Shown: positions 41,545 through 56,135, numbered from the stretch's first letter. The stretch: DNA of 64,000 nucleotides from Eledone cirrhosa (GCA_964016885.1 OZ024746.1:79670001-79734000); one strand, 5' to 3'. The notes: generated by a model from the sequence alone, not told the origin. A program made the numbers and translations.

Positions 41545-42110
41545 GATAGAATCTCTACATGGTTACTCGAGTTGCTAGAAATAGCGTTTAAATCTCTCTC
41601 AAATTCAACCTTGGTGTCTATAAAAAGAAAGGATACACTGGATAATGTATTTTTAGCGCACAAAAATAGAGAGGACAGTGCTGAAACAGCTTTGATTACA
41701 GATCTGCCCATGGGCTAAAAACAATAGAAACATTACGTGGTTAGTCATGATACCAGAAATCACAATTTAATCTTTCTCCAATCCCACCTTAATGTCAAAA
41801 AAACAAGAAAGGACATATTATATAAAGTAGGGCGGTGAATTGGCAGTGTCGGTAGAGAGTCGGCCGACATGCTTTGCAGCATAGAGTTACGTCCCTTTAC
41901 GGTCTGAGTTCAAATCCCGCCGAGGTTAACTTTGCCTTTCATCCTTACGGGGTCGATAAAATAAAGTACCAGTAATGCACTGGGATAATTGCTGGCCTTT
42001 TGCCAAAACTAGAAACAATTATATAATGTAGTACTAGCTAAAATGCACCTGGAAAAAAAAAGATGGGTATGGTCACGGTGAAAACAATTATGATTATAAG
42101 TATGTTGAGA
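41545..42110 (+). repeat. Two diverged copies of a third dispersed repeat, the second interrupted by a SINE; related sequence near 62550-62740
   Basis: acatggttactcgagttgctagaaat vs acgtggttagtcatgataccagaaat; shared aaagga.ac..t.ataatgta. Confidence 0.45.
41830..42018 (+). mobile_element. Full-length family A SINE with ~14-bp TSD
   Basis: attatataaagtag (41817-41830) / attatataatgtag (42018-42031). Confidence 0.9.
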
Positions 42111-42321
42111 GGTGATATAAGGAATGAAGGTAGTAGTAATAAAGTAAAGTTGAGATAATCGGCAATTGAAAGGGGAGGGATACCAATCTTGTTTGGCTTA
42201 ACTCTTGCCTTACGGCGTTTAAAACTTATTTTGTATAAACTGGTGCATATGTGGATTTATGTGTTAATCTAGATTATACTTACTGCAGATTATAATATAC
42301 ATACATATATGTATATATGTA

Positions 42322-42363
<42 letters not shown>

Positions 42364-42372
42364 CGTGCGTGC

Positions 42373-42423
<51 letters not shown>

Positions 42424-42655
42424 CATTTATGTATATATATATATACATTTATGTATATATATGTATATATATATATTATTATATAATTATTATATATATA
42501 TTATTATATATGTATATATATATATTATTTATATATATATATATGTGTGTGTGTGTATGTATAGCCATATATATTTCATATATATATATATATATATGAA
42601 ATATATATGGCTACGTATATGTATATATATGTTGTATATGTATATATATACATAT

Positions 42656-42737
<82 letters not shown>

Positions 42738-43123
42738 GCATATATATTCACATATATATATGTATATATATATGTATATATATACGAATGTATATACATA
42801 TACATACCCATATATATTTCATAAAGATGTGTGTGTATATATATATATAATATAAATAACCTCATATGAACTGAAACTAGGCAGTGCAATTTTAGTTCAA
42901 CTAACCGAGATTTTCTTTTCATTACTGAAAGTGTAACTTAATTCCTCAGGTTGTCGGGGCTATGACTTTATGTCCATGTGAACTGAATAAACGGGAAGTA
43001 TGAACTTGAAATAGACCACATAAACGAAATATGGTATATTTACCACGTGTGACCTCAAATATCAAATATCACAAAGCATTTTGCCCCAAATCTAAAAGAT
43101 TGTGCAAAATAACAAAAGAATGG

Positions 43124-43420
43124 ACCGCGGCTTAGTGGTTTAATTGCAGGATTGTACGTTCGTGTGTTCGATTCAAGATACAGCGTCGTGTCCTTGAGCA
43201 AACGACTATATTTCCGATTGTCCATTCCACTCAGCTGGCAACATTGAGTTGTAGCAGTAATTCAAAGGACCAGCTTTCTCAAATACTGTGTAATTCTGAA
43301 TTTCCCTGAGAATTATATTTTTCGGTGGAATGCTTGGCTACTTACTCATCAATTTCACTACCAGGCTTTGAGCAACTGGAACACTCAACACTCATCGTCG
43401 TCGAAACTGACGGTGGTCCA
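43124..43420 (+). mobile_element. SINE family B
   Basis: gcggcttagtggtt..gttcgattc..gtgtccttgagcaa; collinear with 18338-18662. Confidence 0.75.
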
Positions 43421-43439
43421 ACAACAGCAGTAACAACAG

Positions 43440-43534
<95 letters not shown>

Positions 43535-43891
43535 TATTGTTATAATTTGGGAGGGTCATACTGCCATTAAAAACACACGCACCTGTTGATTTCACTTCAG
43601 TTTATTATAAATTTCCCGTTCGTTGGTTGGTTGGTTCGATAACCGGATGGTTGTTTATATATTGTCAAAGCTCTTTCGTCACATATTCTGTGACCTCCTC
43701 AGTGGCACAAAATAAAACCCTAGTCACTGAGGAGGTCACAGAATGTGTGACGCAAGAGCTTTGACAATATATAAACAACTATCCGGTTAATGAACCAACC
43801 AACCAACCGGAAATTTATAATAAATTGAAGTGAAAACCAACAGGTGCGTGTGTTTTTAATGGCAGCATGACCCTCCCAAACTATAACAATA
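43535..43891. mobile_element. PLE-type ~170-bp inverted repeat with back-to-back HHR motifs (43664-43706 -, 43723-43765 +)
   Basis: g(t/c)ca-CTGAGGA-ggtcac..gtgac-GAAA-gagc-TT-tgac; the + copy has GCAA instead of GAAA; flanked by (TA)n. Confidence 0.78.
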
Positions 43892-43985
43892 TCTGTTTCA
43901 ACACACGTTTTCAGATAAAAAAATTTGCAAAACGAATTTAAAAACGAAATATATATGTGTGTGTCTGTGTGTATATTATATATAT

Positions 43986-44206
<221 letters not shown>

Positions 44207-44219
44207 GGAGAGAGAGAGG

Positions 44220-44280
<61 letters not shown>

Positions 44281-44569
44281 GTGTGGAGAATTATATCTAT
44301 ACATATATACTGTATATAATTTTGTTTCTAAATGCGATTTCCTCCACGTAATATTTAAATACTCTTTAAATAAATCCGATAAGCAAATCTCCACTTATAA
44401 GATGTTCATATTGTTGTTTGTATTATTGTCATTGGAATTTGTAATAGTCTTACTATGTTATTGTTGTCGTTGTTTCACCTCTGCTGTTGCTACTAATTTC
44501 TGTGAGTGTTATTGCAATAATCGTTTTATTATTGTGTTAGACTTTGATCATGGATTGGAAAGAGGATTA

Positions 44570-44760
44570 GTGCGCCGGACAAAATACCACATTTTATTTG
44601 TTCTACCTCTTTACGTTCTGAGTAAAAATTCCAACGATATCTACATTTTCTTTCTCCCGGTGTCGATAACATAATATACCAGTAACGCACTGGAATCGAT
44701 TTAATCGATTTCCCCTGCTCAAAAATTTGTTGAAATGGTGCCTAAATCAGAAATCATTAT
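44570..44760 (+). mobile_element. Old family A SINE
   Basis: ctttacgttctgagt..gtcgataa..accagtaacgcactgg..gtgcctaaatcagaaa. Confidence 0.65.
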
Positions 44761-44959
44761 TGTTTCGTTTGTCGACACGTATTGACGACCACTCTCTTAA
44801 GTTTGTTGTTATTCCATCGTTGTCCAACCTATTTTGTTGAACATTTGAAATTGTTTTATAGTTAAACTAATCAGTATCTTCGGGAGTTGGTTAGATTTCT
44901 CTATCTGTAGCTCTTCGGGGATAAACCTGTGTTTATTTACCAAGCACACCACTTAATGT

Positions 44960-46290
44960 TTTTTCAAAATAAGATGGCGGTTGACAAGCATTCCGTAAGA
45001 GAGAAGAGGCGGGCTGTCTACCACTGTCACAAACACTACTACCAGCAACAACAACAGTAACAATAACAGGACCAACTACAATATCAACAGGAGTAACAAC
45101 AGTAACAGTTTTAACACCAAAAACAGTGCCAAAGTTCAAAGAACAACAGCAGCTTGCTCAACGACCTCAGATCACTAGCTATGGCTGTGGGAGCCGTCAT
45201 CATGATCACGATCTTTGAAACACGTGCTCTAACTCCCGTTTTTAAGGACTTTGAGATCTTACTTGGCCTGGAATGGGCGGTGGATTGGCAGTACTGTTTA
45301 GGAAAGGACTTGATCTCGAGATACGGATGATCTTCCTGGACTTGGACAATAACTTGGTGGTCCGGTGTAAGACAATAGCGAAGGTGATGCTTTTAGAGTG
45401 ATGGCCGTCTAAGCCCCCGACAAGAGCAGGTCAATTGGATTTCCTCAGACGTCTGGAAGCCTTTCTGGGAACATCTCACCCTATACTGTTAACGGGGGAC
45501 CGGAACTGCATGGTATACACACACAGAAATGTTTCGGAGTAACTGATAGAAGCAGTGAGTGCAAAAGCCTCAAGAACCAAATCAGGCAGTTCTAAATGTC
45601 TGACAAGTACCGATTAGATTACCCGAATGCGCCAGTGTGGGCCTGTACAATCGTTCAGGTACACCTAGATCGTATTTATATAGGTTCAAACGGTCCCTAT
45701 TCAGACTACAAACTCGTGATCTACTATGGTCGATCTAAATAATACATGTAGACAGGGAGATGGTTACTGGAAGCTTAACCAGTCGTTGCTGAACAACGTC
45801 ATCATGAATATATCGAACACTTCGGAATTCGGGAATGCCGGCAACTTCTTAGATGTATATGAAACGTTGACGTGATGGTCGATGGTTTTGAAGCTCGGCA
45901 CTTGGAGAGACAAATCCATAAGGTTCCACAGCATCGAGGGAAGCTCGACGGACGGACCAATTCAAGTTGTTTGGGGTCTGGTTCAGTCGGGACATCCGGG
46001 TGAATAGGAAACGGGACAAAGTAAAGAGCAATATGGTCACTCTTTATAAGAAATGGGCCGAGAGGAAACTATTGTTGAATAGAGATAGCAAACGCGTACA
46101 TACGTCCGTCATCTATTACTGCTTGAGGAGAGGGATTGCCTCGGTAGGAACCTTATAAGATTTGAGCACTTACTCTTTCATTTCTTATGGAAGGAATAGG
46201 TTCCACTGGTGAGGCGGTGGGCTGGTTATACCATGGCTAATGGTTGGAGTATTGAGCACATGGGGCTCATTTAAACCGTTCCTACAGCTC
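44960..46290 (+). mobile_element. Highly decayed, internally deleted Tx1-like LINE
   Basis: Residual peptides NDLRS, AFRVMAV*AP, YSDYKLV, GYWKLN and KLFGVWF match the 4232-7740 element; the RT core is missing. Confidence 0.7.
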
Positions 46291-46305
46291 TCCCAGTTGA
46301 TATAA

Positions 46306-46344
<39 letters not shown>

Positions 46345-46345
<1 letters not shown>

Positions 46346-46500
46346 TATATTAAAGCTGAATAGTGAGTCTTGTTAGGCTGGAGTTCCGCCTGTTTATCAC
46401 AGGATCATCAAACAGGTCTTGTCTATTCAGCCTTAACGTAATGAATATAAAATCTCTACTTCGTTATTGAGTAATCCTTTCTCTCAGCCGTCAACTACAT
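46345..46500. mobile_element. PLE-type remnant related to 34163-34330
   Basis: Minus strand TTGATGA-tcctgt gataa acaggc-GGAA-ctccag; shared terminal sequence. Confidence 0.55.
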
Positions 46501-46504
46501 ACGG

Positions 46505-46663
<159 letters not shown>

Positions 46664-46675
46664 CATATATATATG

Positions 46676-46723
<48 letters not shown>

Positions 46724-46809
46724 CACATATGTGTGTGGTGTATGTGAGCATGTGTATACATGTAGAAATATAAGAAATATATGTACGCACACACACATAC
46801 ATATTTATT

Positions 46810-46910
<101 letters not shown>

Positions 46911-48908
46911 AATATATATATATATGTTTATATGTATATATATAGCGTGATATATGAGGGGGACTGTGTGTGTCTGAATGCGTATTTTGTACTTATTTAT
47001 TCCTTAATATATTTATGCATGAAAACCTAATCAGGTCGTCCGTTCAACCTTGCGTACTTCCACCAGGCTACATTAAACACTTAGTATTTAATACATACGT
47101 GCATGACGTACAAGATAAATATACACCTATGAATAAAAGTACGTTCATATATAATTTAATTTTGCATGAAATGTCCTGTATGTATAGTTGTATATATTTG
47201 TGTATGTCCGCATCGGTATGTGTGCGTTGGTGTTTGTACGTGTTTGCCCATGAGTGTGTTTCGATGCGCATGTTTGTATGTATGTATGTGCATGTGTCCT
47301 GGTGTATATATATGCATCAATAGCCAAATACGTAAATAAGTAAGAAAGCTATATAAATCAAAGATTTACGCATGCAGGTATAGAATTATATATGTATGTA
47401 ACTCCTAGAATTATACACGAAAATGCACACTGACACGAGATAGTTAGAAATATACTTACATGCATGCATAAATACTTAGAGACATACCTCTAGATATATC
47501 AGTGTACTGTAAGTATCTCTTAATATAATCTTTCTCACACACACTCACACACACACACACACACACATACACAAACACACACACACAACTCGTATACATA
47601 CATAAACACACAAACGCATTTATATAAATTAAGTTTTTAGTTTTGAAGTTCCAATTTCTGCAACTACTGTACGTATGTACTTGTGTTTGTATATGTACGC
47701 ACAAATAGGGAAGTTAGGCCACCTACCGCCTTGTGTGTTTTTGGACACGATTCGATTTGTATTGGCATTTCCATTTATTGAATTTTCCCGTTGGTGTATT
47801 CACAGGTTCGGTTTAATCTATTGTATAGGTAACATTCTGTTAAGAGATGTGAAGCTGCTACATTAGTCTCCATCATAAATATGGAAGAGAGCAAAACAAA
47901 TCTGAAAAAGGCATCAAACAAGCACATATAAAAATATCTAATTAGCGCTGGGACAGATTCTGTTCATACAAACCGAACTTACGACTTATTTCGTCAAAGT
48001 AAACTAGTTTTTGCCTGGTGCTAACTCGCAAGTACATTACAGGTCACTATTTCGAAAGAATCGCAATACGAATGAGATGAAATGAAAGGAAATCGTATTG
48101 AACTTCATAACATAAGCTAAAATACCGCCATTAAATTCAATAGCCTAATAGAAAAAGTTGAAACGTAGGTATTTGATATAGGATTTATGCATGCATGCGC
48201 TGATTGTAAACATTCCAACTTATCTAATATGAAGCATGTATGTGTGTGTTCTCTCAACAGTGTTTATGTTTGTGTTTACACCTGTCTAAAACCTTTTGTT
48301 TATTTTGTGTCTTAATGTCCTGTAGCTTGGAAGTTCTACCTGTACAAACTGATGAAATAAGTACCTGTCTGAGATAAGTCCCGGTGAGACTATATGATTG
48401 ATTTAAATACTTGAACAATGCCCAAGCATACCACAGTTCAATGACTGAAACCAGTAATCTATAAACATATATTATGAATAACAACTGTTTCATGACTATT
48501 TATATAAGTTAATATAAACAGTAGTGAATCATTATGAAATTTTGGCAAAGGTTTGCATCATATTTACTTAATATATATTAGTTGCATAATCCTCTGGCGG
48601 ATTATCAATTGTTAGTGGACCACAAACGGATTAATGATCGAACATAAAACATGCAAACTGTTGACTTTTCGCCGAGTTTCACAGAAGATTTACGATTAAC
48701 ATAGATTACAGTTTAGAATTATTTATCGCTTATTAATGACTAGGGATTAATGTTTAAGAAGACTTATATACGTTGCATGATATTTTCCAAACACCTACCC
48801 ACCCAAACCGCCTACTATCACAATTGTCTAAAGATTACAAGATCTAATAGTGGTAATGATGTTTGTTTTCATTGTTGATTATCTTGTTGTTAATGGTGGC
48901 AGTGATGT

Positions 48909-48976
<68 letters not shown>

Positions 48977-49356
48977 TATATATATATATATGTGTGTGTG
49001 TGTATACACACACAATTTGACGCTGTCACATTGAATTATAATGACTATGTATTAACATGAAGACTATGAATATACAACGCAGGCTATTTCTAAAGAACTC
49101 CTCTTTTCACTAACAATGAGTCTTTATCTGATTACAAGAGCTCATAACATTTTATAGTGACAGACGAACACGTGTGGCATGTACTGTATTCGATCTAGTG
49201 GCAAATTTCGTGCTAAAACATTGAATTTCAGATAGCACAATGCCAAGGTTGGTGCGGAGGTACTTCGAAATTATATATGTCACTGTTTACATATCTATCT
49301 ATCAACCTATTACTCTCTCTCTTTCTCTCTCTTTCTCTCTCTCCCTCTCCCTCTCC

Positions 49357-49425
<69 letters not shown>

Positions 49426-49588
49426 TAGATATGTTGATTTAAAACTGCACTGTTCACAAGTGTGTTTTAACCTTCATATCATGTCTCCCTATTTTATCTG
49501 ACGAAAACGCAAATGTTATTGCATAATGATATTTGTTTTTGAAATGCGCATAATAAAATACATGGAACTCTTTTAACCATCTTTTGAT

Positions 49589-49658
<70 letters not shown>

Positions 49659-49916
49659 AATCTATCTATCTACCTATGATTTTATCTATCTAACTAAGTA
49701 CCTAGCTGGATAGCTAGCTATCTGAGCCATTCGTTTAAAATTTCCAGTCAATATATATATGTGTGTGTGTGTGTGTGGGTGTATATCTATAACTGTGCGT
49801 ACGTAACTGTGTATGCACGCGTATGTACATGTATCTGTAGGAAATATTATTCAACACTGAAACAAACAGGGTAAATGGAAAGAGCAATGATCTTTGTATG
49901 AGTGTTTCGCAGCTTG

Positions 49917-50022
<106 letters not shown>

Positions 50023-50049
50023 GTGTGTGTGTGTGTGTATGTATATATA

Positions 50050-50088
<39 letters not shown>

Positions 50089-50090
<2 letters not shown>

Positions 50091-50267
50091 AGAAAGTATG
50101 ATCCCGACGGCAGAGCTCAAGCCGTTTCGACGGCTATTTCTGGCCGTCGAAACGGCTTGAGTTCTGCCGTCGGGGACATTCTTTCTCCTATTACCCACTA
50201 TACTACCCTAAGTATTGAGTACTCTGGTGCGTTATCGTCCATCTGGTTCCTTACCACAACGCCTTCG

Positions 50268-50269
<2 letters not shown>
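50089..50269. mobile_element. Palindromic mini-element copy, opposite orientation
   Basis: ccgacggcagagctcaagccgtttcgacggc / gccgtcgaaacggcttgagttctgccgtcgg. Confidence 0.8.
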
Positions 50270-50305
<36 letters not shown>

Positions 50306-50578
50306 CTGTTTTAGGTTATGTAACTCTTATAGAAACACGTGTCAATAAATTCCTTTCAACTAAACTGTATCCATTCAAATCTTTCTATATATATATATAT
50401 ATATATTTATATACATATATATATATAAAATATATATTATATATATATATATAATATATATTTTATATTTATATATATATATATGTACATATATATATAT
50501 ATATATACATAAGTATATATATATATATATAAGTATATATATATATATATATATAAGTATATATATATATATATAAAT

Positions 50579-50669
<91 letters not shown>

Positions 50670-50694
50670 TATAAATATATATATATATATAAAA

Positions 50695-50747
<53 letters not shown>

Positions 50748-51025
50748 TATATAAACATGGTGGAGAAATCTGACTTCCTTTAGGTTTAACGATGTGTCTA
50801 GAGATGTCTTTCAAGCAGCTAAGAAGTTAAATGGCGCGAAAATCTCAGCAGCACTTTCTTCATTAGAGGATTACAAGCAACGAGGGGAATTTACAGAGCT
50901 GATAGCAATGACAATAATAGAAAGAAATTTCATAATGTTTCCCCGTTCTTCTTGTATATTAGCATCAAAATAACTCGAGATGGATATGTATATAAGTATA
51001 CATACGACTACACAAACATACAAAC

Positions 51026-51056
<31 letters not shown>

Positions 51057-51066
51057 TATATCTATC

Positions 51067-51161
<95 letters not shown>

Positions 51162-51225
51162 ATATGTATATGTTTATAAAATATGCTAATATACGGATAT
51201 ATATATGAATATATATATATATATA

Positions 51226-51266
<41 letters not shown>

Positions 51267-51300
51267 GCATATATATTATACACAGAGAGAGGGAAAGAGA

Positions 51301-51378
<78 letters not shown>

Positions 51379-51422
51379 GAGAGAGATTGGTAGATATAAA
51401 CTTATATACTTAAAACATATCG

Positions 51423-51464
<42 letters not shown>

Positions 51465-51472
51465 ATATCTGA

Positions 51473-51530
<58 letters not shown>

Positions 51531-51541
51531 ATATTATATAT

Positions 51542-51592
<51 letters not shown>

Positions 51593-54500
51593 CCGCCCAC
51601 CCCATCATCTGTGTACACTAAACACAACAGCATTTTCACCTTCACCGCCACCGCTCCCGCTGTCCCATCACCGCCGCCACCACCCCCTGACTCCTTCACT
51701 GCTGCTGCCACCGCTACAGCACCATCACTACAGTAATACGGCTCAAATATTCAAATATTCAACTTTGTATTGTACACTGTATATCCAAAAAAAAAAAAAA
51801 AAAAAAAATAAATAAAATAAAATGGCTATAAATGGAAGAAGAAGAACCCCCCCCCCCTCCTCTCCTCTGGCTACACTATATAGGACAGCGAAACTCACCA
51901 ACACCAGAAACTAGATACACCACCCACCCCATCATCTGTGTACACTAAACACAACAGCATTTTCACCTTCACCGCCACCGCTCACTACGGCCATCATTGC
52001 CACCGCTGTCCCATCACCGCCGCCACCACCCCCTGACTCCTTCACTGCTGCTGCCACCGCTACAGCACCATCACTACAGTAATACGGTCGCATCACCGCC
52101 ACCGCTGCCTCGGTATCGACATCACCGCCACCACTGTCTCAGTATCGCCAACGCCGCTAGTCTCTGCTGGCTACCACTTCCACATTATAGAATTCCTACT
52201 ACTAACAAAGAGGAAGGCATCAAAATATATAGATAGACTCAAAAGAAAAAAGAAAAAACAAACAACAAAAGCAGCACAGCAACAACAGTAAAAAACGAGA
52301 AAAACAGAGAAAAACAAAAACAAAAAAAGAAACCCCAAAAACGTAAAGAAAATAAGAATGAAGAGAGAAGCAGGCGGACGGACAGAGAAGAGGGGGGGGA
52401 AAGTAAAACTTAAAAAACAAAAACTAAGTCGGACATTCGAATACTACATTACAATGAAACTTATGCTTATTCATTTTTGGGGCCCTTTCTGCCCGTGTGT
52501 TTGTTTGTTTATGTGTGTCCGTATACAGCGTGGTGATAATGCCACACAAGGGCCAAGTGGGATGGCGGATCCACAGATGGCTATGTAAACATACATTCGC
52601 CAATCCTCGATAAGAGTGTTTAAATATCGAACATAAACAGTTCGAATAACGGTGAAATGGAGACTAGAACGTCATGTGACAGACTCTCACCCAACAGGTG
52701 CCCCCTGGCTCAGCAGCAGGAACCTGACTGTCAACGAAATACTGCTGATGTTGGAGGAAGAAGAAGAAGGAAAGGGGCCAGAACCAACTGGACGAAAGAA
52801 TTGAATAGAACTGTTATGCAATGCTACCTGAAAAGTAACCCCAAGGAGAGGGGCTACAGGAGACGGATGCATAACATCTGGAACGAGATTGGTTTATTTA
52901 AATTAGATGAACAAAAATTGGCCGGGCAGGCTCGGGTAATAAGAACTAATGGGTGGATAAGCGAGCTGGAACTGGAGGAACTGAGCAGAGAGAATGGCTT
53001 GGAGATGGCGGGTGTAGTATGCCAGACAAGCGAGCCGGCGGGAAATGAAGGTGAGGAGGCCCTGAGAGCGGAGGAACCACCCGAAGCAGACAATGATCTG
53101 AATACTGAGATAAATAATACCTGGAACAGAGATACGGCCACTGAGGAGATGAATGCTGACGGGCTAGGACAAGATTCGGTTGACATCCTAAATTTAGTGG
53201 TAGATGAGTTGAACAATGATAGTGGGAGACCTATGAACCTAAGATTTGTAGACAGGAAAAAGTTAAAAGAAACAACAGCTAAGGTAAACAAAGTCATCCC
53301 ATACCTTGAGGCGAGGAGTCTTCACCAGTGCAACAATATCCTCAAAGCAACAGCAAATACGGTGAGGAAACTACTTGGTATAAAAGCGAGAGGAAACAAC
53401 AGACAAGAAAGAGCAGAGCCGTGGTGGAAGAAGCGACTGAGTGGGCAAATCGGGGAAATGAGAAATGACATAGGAAAGCTTGAGTCACTACTGAATGGGA
53501 CACTAAAAAACATAGGCACTAAAAATAGACTGGAAATAAAATACAAAACTAGGAGTAAAAAGCTAAATATTATCATAGAGGAATTGAAGCAACGCATTGT
53601 AGCAAAGAGTGCCAAAATCAGGCGATACGAGAACAGAGTCAGTCAGTATAAACAGAACCGCATGTTCGACAACAACCAGAAGATGCTGTTTGGACAGCTT
53701 GAGGGGAAAGAAAGAGGCACCGACTTGATCCCTGGGGCGGAACAAGCTAAAACATTCTGGAGAGGAATATGGGAGCAGGATGTTAGACACAATGCCCAGG
53801 CAGGGTGGATTGAGACAGTACAGAGGGAGGTCGGTGAGCAGGCACAGCAACAGACTGATTTGAGTATCACAGTTGAAACTCTTAAGGGGCAAGCCAAAAA
53901 ACTAACCAACTGGAAATCACCAGGCCCAGATGGTGTGCAGGGGTATTGGATTAAACATTTAACATCCCTCCACCCGAAGCTGACGGCCATGTTCAATGAC
54001 TGCTTGGTGTCGGGTGAGGTGCCAGAGTGGTTGACAAAAGGTACCACAGTTCTGATAATGAAAGACCAAATCAAGGGTAATGATGTTACCAACTATAGAC
54101 CTATCACATGTCTGCCCGTAATGTGGAAACTGTTGACGAGCATTGTGTCTGAGGAAATCTACCATCACCTCCACACAAACAACTTGTTGCCGGACGAACA
54201 GAAAGGATGCCGAAAGAAGTCACGTGGTACAAAGGACCAGTTGCTTATTGATAAGATGGTAATGGGGAATTGCAGGAGGAGACACACTGATCTTGCCATG
54301 GGATGGATAGACTACAGAAAGGCATTTGACATGGTGCCTCATTCCTGGATCACCAAAAGCCTGGAGATCTTCAGGGTGGCAGATAACATCAGACAGTTGC
54401 TGGGCAGGAGTATGGGGTCCTGGGAGACAGAGTTGACATCAACTGGAGTATCCTTGGGAAGCGTGAAGATCAAGAGAGGTATCTTCCAGGGAGATAGCCT

Positions 54501-56125
54501 GTCCCCTCTGTTGTTTGTCCTTGCCCTGATGCCCTTGACCATTATGCTGCGAAAAGTGAGAGCAGGATACAAGTTGGGAAGGGGAGAGCTTACCATCAAT
54601 CACCTCCTCTTCATGGACGATCTTAAGCTCTTCGGGAAAAGTGAGAAGGAGTTGGATGTGCTTGTTGACACTGTCCGTATTTTCAGCAGTGATATATGTA
54701 TGCAGTTTGGTATTGGTAAATGTGGAGTCATTGTGATGAGGAGGGGTAGGTTGAGCAGAAGTAACGGGATCCAGATACCAACAGGTGAGATGATAAAGGA
54801 AATTGACTCTGAGGAAGGATACAAGTATTTGGGCGTTCTGGAGGCTGATGGCATAAAGAACAAAAAAATGAAGGAATTGTTAAGAACTGAATACATTCGG
54901 AGAGTAAGGAGCGTATTGAAGTCACATCTGAACAGCAGAAATGCCATAAGCGCAGTAAATTCCCGAGCTGTGTCTATTATTAGGTACAGTGCGGGAATTC
55001 TGAGATGGAATGTTGCTGAACAAAAAGAAATGGATAGGAAGACTAGGAAGCTATTGACTATCTACAACATGTTCCACAAGAGGAGTGATGTCGATAGACT
55101 CTACCTAAGGAGATCTGAGGGTGGAAGAGGTCTTATCAGCATAGAGGACTGTGTTCAGATGGAGAAAAACAACCTATACAAATACGTGACCTATAGTAAG
55201 GAGCCAATGCTCAGAGCTGTACTGAAGGAGGGGACAGTAGGCCAGGGGATACCCAAGGAGGAAATAACATCAAGGAGGAAGAGCAGCCTTAAGGGAAAAT
55301 CCCTTCATAGTACCTTCTTTGAGAAAACTGAATTTAGAGATCCACAGACATGGAACTGGTTGAGAAGAGGAGACCTCAAAAAGGCTACAGAAGGAATGCT
55401 AATGGCTGCGCAGGAGCAGGCCCTCAAAACGAAGTGGTTGAAGCACCATATCTACAAGGAGGAGGCTAGCCCACTGTGCAGGATCTGTGGAGAGAGAGAG
55501 GAGACTGTGGCTCACATTGTGTCCGAGTGTAAACACCTAGCCCAGACCCACTATAAGGGCTGGAGACACGATGTGATGGGCAGGGTGATCCACTGGCACC
55601 TGTGCAAAGTAAACAACCTACCACATTCTGAGAAATGGTATGAGCATAGGCCAGAGGCGGTGATGGAGAACAATCAGGTGAAGGTGCTGTGGGATTTTAG
55701 GATACAGACGGACAAAAAACTGGAACACAATAGACCTGACCTGGTGGTTGTGGACAAAGAAAAAAGATCGTGCCTGATTGTGGATGTGGCCTGCCCGTTC
55801 GACACGAGAGTGCAAGAGAAGGAGAGGGAGAAAATTAACCGATACCAGGACCTAAAGTGGGAGGTGAAAAGGATTTGGAACTGCCATGAAGTCAAAGTGA
55901 TCCCGATTGTCATAGGCGCACTGGGGACTATCTCCAAAGGTTTCCAGGGATGGTTAAAGAAAATCGGCCCCTTCACGCTTTTTGGAACGCTTCAAAAGGC
56001 ATGCTTGCTTGGAACGGCAAGAACCCTCCGATACGTCCTGAATATCTGAGGCTGCAGGTAGTGGCTTGATATTCAATCCAACGGACTTTCCAGTTAACCA
56101 ACATCAATGACTGAGATTCAAGGAA
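51593..56125 (+). mobile_element. Apparently full-length R4/Dong-clade non-LTR retrotransposon
   Basis: Single intact ORF, short 3' UTR, (TAA)n arrays at 51544-51592 and ~56125-56190; the 5' boundary is inferred. Confidence 0.85.
52657..56049 (+). CDS. Reverse transcriptase with CCHC zinc motif and restriction-like endonuclease (1130 aa)
   Basis: WKSPGPDG, NYRPITCL, IDYRKAFD, GIFQGDSLSPLLF, FMDD; CRICGEREETVAHIVSEC; RHD..RPDLVVVD..IVDVACPFD..KINRY. Confidence 0.96.
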   Translation: METRTSCDRLSPNRCPLAQQQEPDCQRNTADVGGRRRRKGARTNWTKELNRTVMQCYLKSNPKERGYRRRMHNIWNEIGLFKLDEQKLAGQARVIRTNGWISELELEELSRENGLEMAGVVCQTSEPAGNEGEEALRAEEPPEADNDLNTEINNTWNRDTATEEMNADGLGQDSVDILNLVVDELNNDSGRPMNLRFVDRKKLKETTAKVNKVIPYLEARSLHQCNNILKATANTVRKLLGIKARGNNRQERAEPWWKKRLSGQIGEMRNDIGKLESLLNGTLKNIGTKNRLEIKYKTRSKKLNIIIEELKQRIVAKSAKIRRYENRVSQYKQNRMFDNNQKMLFGQLEGKERGTDLIPGAEQAKTFWRGIWEQDVRHNAQAGWIETVQREVGEQAQQQTDLSITVETLKGQAKKLTNWKSPGPDGVQGYWIKHLTSLHPKLTAMFNDCLVSGEVPEWLTKGTTVLIMKDQIKGNDVTNYRPITCLPVMWKLLTSIVSEEIYHHLHTNNLLPDEQKGCRKKSRGTKDQLLIDKMVMGNCRRRHTDLAMGWIDYRKAFDMVPHSWITKSLEIFRVADNIRQLLGRSMGSWETELTSTGVSLGSVKIKRGIFQGDSLSPLLFVLALMPLTIMLRKVRAGYKLGRGELTINHLLFMDDLKLFGKSEKELDVLVDTVRIFSSDICMQFGIGKCGVIVMRRGRLSRSNGIQIPTGEMIKEIDSEEGYKYLGVLEADGIKNKKMKELLRTEYIRRVRSVLKSHLNSRNAISAVNSRAVSIIRYSAGILRWNVAEQKEMDRKTRKLLTIYNMFHKRSDVDRLYLRRSEGGRGLISIEDCVQMEKNNLYKYVTYSKEPMLRAVLKEGTVGQGIPKEEITSRRKSSLKGKSLHSTFFEKTEFRDPQTWNWLRRGDLKKATEGMLMAAQEQALKTKWLKHHIYKEEASPLCRICGEREETVAHIVSECKHLAQTHYKGWRHDVMGRVIHWHLCKVNNLPHSEKWYEHRPEAVMENNQVKVLWDFRIQTDKKLEHNRPDLVVVDKEKRSCLIVDVACPFDTRVQEKEREKINRYQDLKWEVKRIWNCHEVKVIPIVIGALGTISKGFQGWLKKIGPFTLFGTLQKACLLGTARTLRYVLNI

Positions 56126-56135
56126 TAACAATAAC

